DNA of 64,000 nt from contig JAOASM010000008.1 in NCBI GenBank assembly GCA_030158665.1, forward strand, positions 76-64,075, in the 5' to 3' direction. Positions within the stretch are counted from its first letter, which is position 1, and each line of letters starts with the position of its first letter. Made by a program: the position numbers and the translations under genes. This DNA comes from Sediminibacterium sp. (GTDB lineage: Bacteria; Bacteroidota; Bacteroidia; Chitinophagales; Chitinophagaceae). Shown piece by piece: positions 59,658 through 64,000 of the stretch. The notes beneath the pieces are model-generated. The model did not search any database, was not told where the DNA came from, and saw nothing but the letters and a program-made list of their open reading frames with translations.

Positions 59658-60905
59658 ATGAACAATAAGCAAATCGGACTTTTTTCCCTGCCTGTATTAG
59701 TGGCTGCCTTGGGATATTTTGTAGATGTATACGATTTATTATTATTTACCATAGTCCGTCAGCCAAGCGTTTTAGCGGTAGGCTCGTCTTTAGAAACCAT
59801 CATTGTAGATAGTGCGCATATTATCAACTGGCAAATGTCTGGCTTGTTAATAGGAGGTATATTATGGGGTATCATTGGCGATAAACAAGGACGATTAAAA
59901 GTCTTATTTGGGTCCATTTTATTATACTCATTGGCGAATATCTTAACTGCCTATGTGCAAACAGTAGATCAATATGCCTATTGCAGATTTGTAGGAGGGA
60001 TAGGCTTAGCAGGTGAACTCGGTGCGGGCATCACATTGGTATCAGAGATGTTACCCAAAAACAAAAGAGGTATTGGCACTTCGATGGTGGCAGGCATTGG
60101 ACTATTTGGTGCCGTATTTGCCTATTTCACATTTAAGTATACGCAAGATTGGAGATTGTGCTATAAAATAGGCGGTGGCTTGGGATTCTTTTTGTTGGTA
60201 TTACGCGTAAGAGTAGCAGAATCCTTTATGTTTGAATCCGCTAAATTGGCGAATATCAACAAGGGCAATTTCTTCTTATTTTTTAGTTCTTATAAAAGGT
60301 TTTCTAAATACATCAAAGCTATATTAATAGGATTACCTACTTGGTTCGTAATAGGTGTGATGGTGAACTATAGTAACAAGTTTGCAACAGGTTTATATGG
60401 AGATAATTTAATTGACTCAGGCAGGTCCGTGATGTTTGCTTATATCGGTATTGCAGTGGGTGATTTATTGATTGGATGGGTGAGCCAATATTTTCAAAGT
60501 AGGAAAAAAGCCTTGCTTTTATTTTATACAATCAGTATCCTAGGGATGGTCTTGTTTTTTAGTGCATTCAACAATAGCGATACAAGGATGTATGCTATTT
60601 GTGCATTCTTAGGTTTTAGTACGGGCTATTGGGCCATTTTCAATCAAATGGCTGCAGAACAATTTGGTACCAACTTGAGGGCGACAGCTGCAACTACGAT
60701 ACCCAATATGGTTCGCGGAGCCTTGCCATTGATTAATTTTTTATTTTTAGATATTTTACAAAAATCAATGGGATGGACGATTGTCCAAAGTGGTATTGTT
60801 ACAGGAACAGTTGTGATGGGAATCACTTTAATCGCATTTGTTTTTACAGAAGAAACATATCATAAGGATTTGGATTATTTAGAGCATGACAATCCATTGC
60901 CATAA
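59658..60905 (+). CDS. MFS transporter
   Basis: GDKQGR loop, GLAGELGAG, EQFGTNLRAT. Confidence 0.9.
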   Translation: MNNKQIGLFSLPVLVAALGYFVDVYDLLLFTIVRQPSVLAVGSSLETIIVDSAHIINWQMSGLLIGGILWGIIGDKQGRLKVLFGSILLYSLANILTAYVQTVDQYAYCRFVGGIGLAGELGAGITLVSEMLPKNKRGIGTSMVAGIGLFGAVFAYFTFKYTQDWRLCYKIGGGLGFFLLVLRVRVAESFMFESAKLANINKGNFFLFFSSYKRFSKYIKAILIGLPTWFVIGVMVNYSNKFATGLYGDNLIDSGRSVMFAYIGIAVGDLLIGWVSQYFQSRKKALLLFYTISILGMVLFFSAFNNSDTRMYAICAFLGFSTGYWAIFNQMAAEQFGTNLRATAATTIPNMVRGALPLINFLFLDILQKSMGWTIVQSGIVTGTVVMGITLIAFVFTEETYHKDLDYLEHDNPLP

Positions 60906-60917
60906 TTTGTCACCCCT

Positions 60918-61919
60918 ATGCGTTTATTGTTTATTCGTTTTTCTTCCATAGGTGATATCGTATTCACAACACCTGCCATCCGTTGTACAAAGCAACAGAT
61001 TCCAGGGGTAGAGATTCATTTTTTGACCAAGTCTTCTATGAAGGCAGTCACTGCAGCCAATCCATACATAGATCATTTTCATTACTTTGATAAAGATTTG
61101 AATGCAACCATCAAGGAATTAAAGGCATTTCAATTTGATTATATCATAGACCTGCATCAAAATTTTAGAACCTTTCGAATTCAAAAAGCATTAGGTATTC
61201 CTTGCTTAGCTTATCATAAACTAACTGTTCAAAAATTCCTACTCACTAAACTACACCTAAACTTTATGCCCACTAGGCATATTGTAGATCGTTCCTTAGA
61301 CGCAGTAGCCAATTTAGGCGTAGTGTATGATGGAAAGGGGTTGGATTATTTTATCCCCCAAGAAGTTGCCTTAAAGTCAAATGCATTACCTGCAACACAT
61401 GCAGATGGCTATATCGCTATTGTCATAGGTGCTTCTTATGCGAGTAAAAAATTGCCAATTGCTGAACTACAATCGCTTTGCCATAAAATTCCATATCCAA
61501 TTGTTTTAATAGGAGGGAAGGAAGATCAGGCAGAGGGTGATGCAGTGGCGTCTGTGAATCCTATTAAAATACACAATGCTTGTGGGCAATTTAATTTACA
61601 TGAATCTGCTTTATTGGTGAAAAATGCCAAAACAGTCATATCTCATGATACTGGTTTCTTATACATTGCATGTGCGTTTCATAAAAAAACGGTAGCTATC
61701 TGGGGTGCTACTTCTCCAGCATTACAAGTGGAACCCTATTACCCTTCAGGTTTAAATAATACAGAATGGTACTTTAATGCCATCGTGCCTAAATTACCAT
61801 GTCAGCCCTGTTCTAATTACGGAACCAAGCAATGCCCTCAAGGACATTTTGCATGCATGAAAAAACAAGATTTACAAGCCATCGCAGATAAGGCGATTGG
61901 GTATTATAAAGAAGCTTAG
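60918..61919 (+). CDS. GT9 ADP-heptose:LPS heptosyltransferase-like protein
   Basis: RFSSIGDIV, DTG..IA.A, C.PC...G...CP.GHF.CM. Confidence 0.9.
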   Translation: MRLLFIRFSSIGDIVFTTPAIRCTKQQIPGVEIHFLTKSSMKAVTAANPYIDHFHYFDKDLNATIKELKAFQFDYIIDLHQNFRTFRIQKALGIPCLAYHKLTVQKFLLTKLHLNFMPTRHIVDRSLDAVANLGVVYDGKGLDYFIPQEVALKSNALPATHADGYIAIVIGASYASKKLPIAELQSLCHKIPYPIVLIGGKEDQAEGDAVASVNPIKIHNACGQFNLHESALLVKNAKTVISHDTGFLYIACAFHKKTVAIWGATSPALQVEPYYPSGLNNTEWYFNAIVPKLPCQPCSNYGTKQCPQGHFACMKKQDLQAIADKAIGYYKEA

Positions 61920-61927
61920 TATTTTTT

Positions 61928-62179
61928 TTATCTCTTTTCTTTTAGTGCAATTTCAATTTGATCGAATAATAATTTCGAGTCTATTTCGAGAAAAGCCATG
62001 ATGTCATAAACAATACAAAAACTTGTTTGATGTTTGCCGTCTTCAATACTAACTATAGTAGACGGATTTATTTTTAAATCATTTGAGATTTTGGCAATCG
62101 AAATTGACGCATTCATTCTGGCGTGTTTCAAGACTGTTCCAATTGCTTTAGAGATAATATGTTGTTGCTCTTTTTCCAG
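61928..62179 (-). CDS. XRE family HTH regulator; start uncertain (CTG 62179 or TTG 62131)
   Basis: IGTVLKHAR..ASIS...IS..L.I..STIVSIEDGK; no in-frame ATG upstream of the HTH. Confidence 0.7.
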   Translation of the reverse strand: MEKEQQHIISKAIGTVLKHARMNASISIAKISNDLKINPSTIVSIEDGKHQTSFCIVYDIMAFLEIDSKLLFDQIEIALKEKR

Positions 62180-62359
62180 TGTTGCGGTTTCATTAAATGT
62201 ATAGCTAATTTTTAATAGTCAATCTTATAACTACAACTTATTGCTATACTTAGTATATATTCTAAGTAGCATGTGGAAATATCCGTAAGCTTTTTTTCTC
62301 ATGATTTTTGAATGCTTTATGCGTGTACTTTTAATAAGTAAATCAATAAAATATAATTT

Positions 62360-63028
62360 ATGAAAAAATCATTTTTAATTTTCATAGCACTGTTTTTATT
62401 TTCTTGTCAAAAAGAAGACGAAAATTTTAAACCTAGTGTTGAAATATTATCTCAAAAGGCATATTACATAATGCTAAGAGATATTAACAAACAATTTGAT
62501 TTAATCTTGAATGAATCAAAGCCAAAAGACATAAGCTTATCTGAATACAAAATGGAATTAATCTCAGGGAAAATTGGATTACCAATAACTCAACAAAATA
62601 AAATTTTAAATGCGACAAATCCGCTAATTGATTACTCATCTAAACTTGCTAAAATAAATTCAATACCATTAGATGATCTTAGTTCTAAAATAGCATTTGG
62701 TGGTCTATATGCCCCAGACGATAATTTAAATTCTAAATACAACGAAAATAGTTTTAAAGTTGACAATAAATTATCAATCACAAAATCTTATGCATCAAAT
62801 ACAAAACAAGTAATGAAAATAGATGCAAATGATGTTCTTGATTGTGCATTAGCTGCAATAGGTGCTGATGCATTATGGGCTTTTGGGGGATCTTCTGCTG
62901 TGTCTTGGACTGCTGCTGCTATGACCAATGCTTTTAGTGCAATTGCTAAAAGATTTTTAGGACCAGTTGGGGTTGCAATCGCTGTTGTAAGTTTTGGAAT
63001 ATGTATTACTCATCAATCAAATGACTAA
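62360..63028 (+). CDS. Lipoprotein with a bacteriocin-like hydrophobic Gly/Ala-rich C-terminal domain
   Basis: Lipobox LFS-C; C-terminus DCALAAIGADALWAFGG...KRFLGPVGVAIAVVSFGIC. Confidence 0.75.
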   Translation: MKKSFLIFIALFLFSCQKEDENFKPSVEILSQKAYYIMLRDINKQFDLILNESKPKDISLSEYKMELISGKIGLPITQQNKILNATNPLIDYSSKLAKINSIPLDDLSSKIAFGGLYAPDDNLNSKYNENSFKVDNKLSITKSYASNTKQVMKIDANDVLDCALAAIGADALWAFGGSSAVSWTAAAMTNAFSAIAKRFLGPVGVAIAVVSFGICITHQSND

Positions 63029-63030
63029 TT

Positions 63031-63195
63031 ATGTATATTTATTTTATCCCATTTTTAAGCTCATTGCTTTGGTTTCGAATTAATTGTTTGAATATTGCCA
63101 TTAAAGCCAGTAAGAATGTCAAAGGCGAGGTTGTACATCTTACATTATTTGTAATTTCTTCATCTTTGTTTTGTTATTTTTTAATAACTATTTAA
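63031..63195 (+). CDS. Small two-TM protein (54 aa), candidate immunity protein
   Basis: ATG 2 nt after the lipoprotein stop; MYIYFIPFLSSLLWF...HLTLFCNFFIFVLLFLITI*. Confidence 0.55.
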   Translation: MYIYFIPFLSSLLWFRINCLNIAIKASKNVKGEVVHLTLFVISSSLFCYFLITI

Positions 63196-63214
63196 ATCGC
63201 TTTTTTGTGTAAAT

Positions 63215-63246
63215 AAATAAAGCCCCGCAATGCGAGGCTTTATTTT
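63215..63246. terminator. Bidirectional terminator
   Basis: AATAAAGCCCCGC-aat-GCGAGGCTTTATT between convergent genes. Confidence 0.8.
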
Positions 63247-63266
63247 GTATAAGATCATGTAAATGA

Positions 63267-64000
63267 TTACAAAGTCTTCAATACGTCGTTCATATTTCTA
63301 ACTGCATCTGCACTCTTGTTGAATGCTGCTTGTTCGTCTGCAGATAAATCCATTTCAACAATCTTCTCCCATCCGTTCTTGCCAATGACAACAGGCACGC
63401 CTAAACAGATATCGTTTTGGCCGTACTCGCCGTTTAAGCTTACGCAACAAGTGAATAATTTCTTTTCATCACGCACGATACTTTCTACCAATGCCGCTCC
63501 TGCTGCACCTGGTGCATACCATGCAGATGTGCCTAATAATTTAGTCAAGGTAGCTCCGCCCACCATGGTGTCGTTAATGATTTGTTGTTGTTGTTCTTCA
63601 GTTAAGAATTTTGTTACTGGAATACTGTTCCAAGTAGCATGCTTTACTAAAGGGATCATAGTCGTATCTCCATGTCCACCTACTACGATTGCATTTAAGT
63701 CTGCAGGGCTGCAGTTTAAATGTGAACTTAATTGATATTTAAAACGAGCGCTATCTAATGTTCCGCCCATACCAATAATTCTATTTTTTGGCAAACCTGT
63801 TGATTGCAATGCTAAGTAAGTCATTGTATCCATTGGATTGCTGATGACTATAATGATTGCATTTGGTGAATGCTTTAAGATATTCTCGCAAACGCCTTTA
63901 ACAATCCCTGCATTCGTTCCAATCAATTCTTCTCTTGTCATTCCTGGTTTACGTGGTAAGCCAGAAGTGATTACAACCACATCTGAGTTGGCTGTTTTTG
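63267..64000 (-). CDS. mdh: Malate dehydrogenase (LDH-like), 5'-truncated by the window edge
   Basis: VVITSGLPRKPGMTREEL, SNPMD, LDSARF, GGHGD, SAWYAPG. Confidence 0.95.
   Translation of the reverse strand, partial: KTANSDVVVITSGLPRKPGMTREELIGTNAGIVKGVCENILKHSPNAIIIVISNPMDTMTYLALQSTGLPKNRIIGMGGTLDSARFKYQLSSHLNCSPADLNAIVVGGHGDTTMIPLVKHATWNSIPVTKFLTEEQQQQIINDTMVGGATLTKLLGTSAWYAPGAAGAALVESIVRDEKKLFTCCVSLNGEYGQNDICLGVPVVIGKNGWEKIVEMDLSADEQAAFNKSADAVRNMNDVLKTL

Noticed and set aside
245-63735. Numerous short antisense or overlapping ORFs in the track (e.g. 245-535, 13009-13281, 45420-45677, 57857-58243, 63316-63735)
   Set aside because: They lie within well-supported genes on another strand or frame and have no recognisable motifs.

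Overview
This is an AT-rich Bacteroidota chromosome segment. The gene content (SusC/D, GLPGLI, UpxY, TAnnTTTG-type promoters) suggests a Chitinophagaceae/Sediminibacterium-like host, which is an inference. From left to right: (i) the 3' end of a GH32 gene, then an att-like site (3' half of tRNA-Met preceded by phased arm-type repeats) and further accreted modules (lipoprotein, mobile mystery A/B, TonB receptor, M23, AraC/cupin, XRE); (ii) a ytxH stress cluster and terC/radical SAM/OMP-GLPGLI genes; (iii) a hypoxia/dormancy-type cluster (dodecin, class II RNR interrupted by one in-frame TGA, baeRF3/Balon-like factor, PEBP, USP, Hsp20) with FNR-like boxes; (iv) a ~19 kb Wzy-dependent EPS/capsule locus; (v) pseudo-receiver CRP/FNR, AraC, OmpA, XRE and an uncalled basic sORF; (vi) SusC/D and core metabolic and transport genes; (vii) a small XRE / bacteriocin-like lipoprotein / 2-TM micro-protein insert before mdh. 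The best candidates for undescribed biology are the lipoprotein toxin-immunity-like module and the Balon-like/nrdJ(TGA) dormancy operon with its regulatory grammar. All product calls come from motif recognition by eye; no database searches were run.
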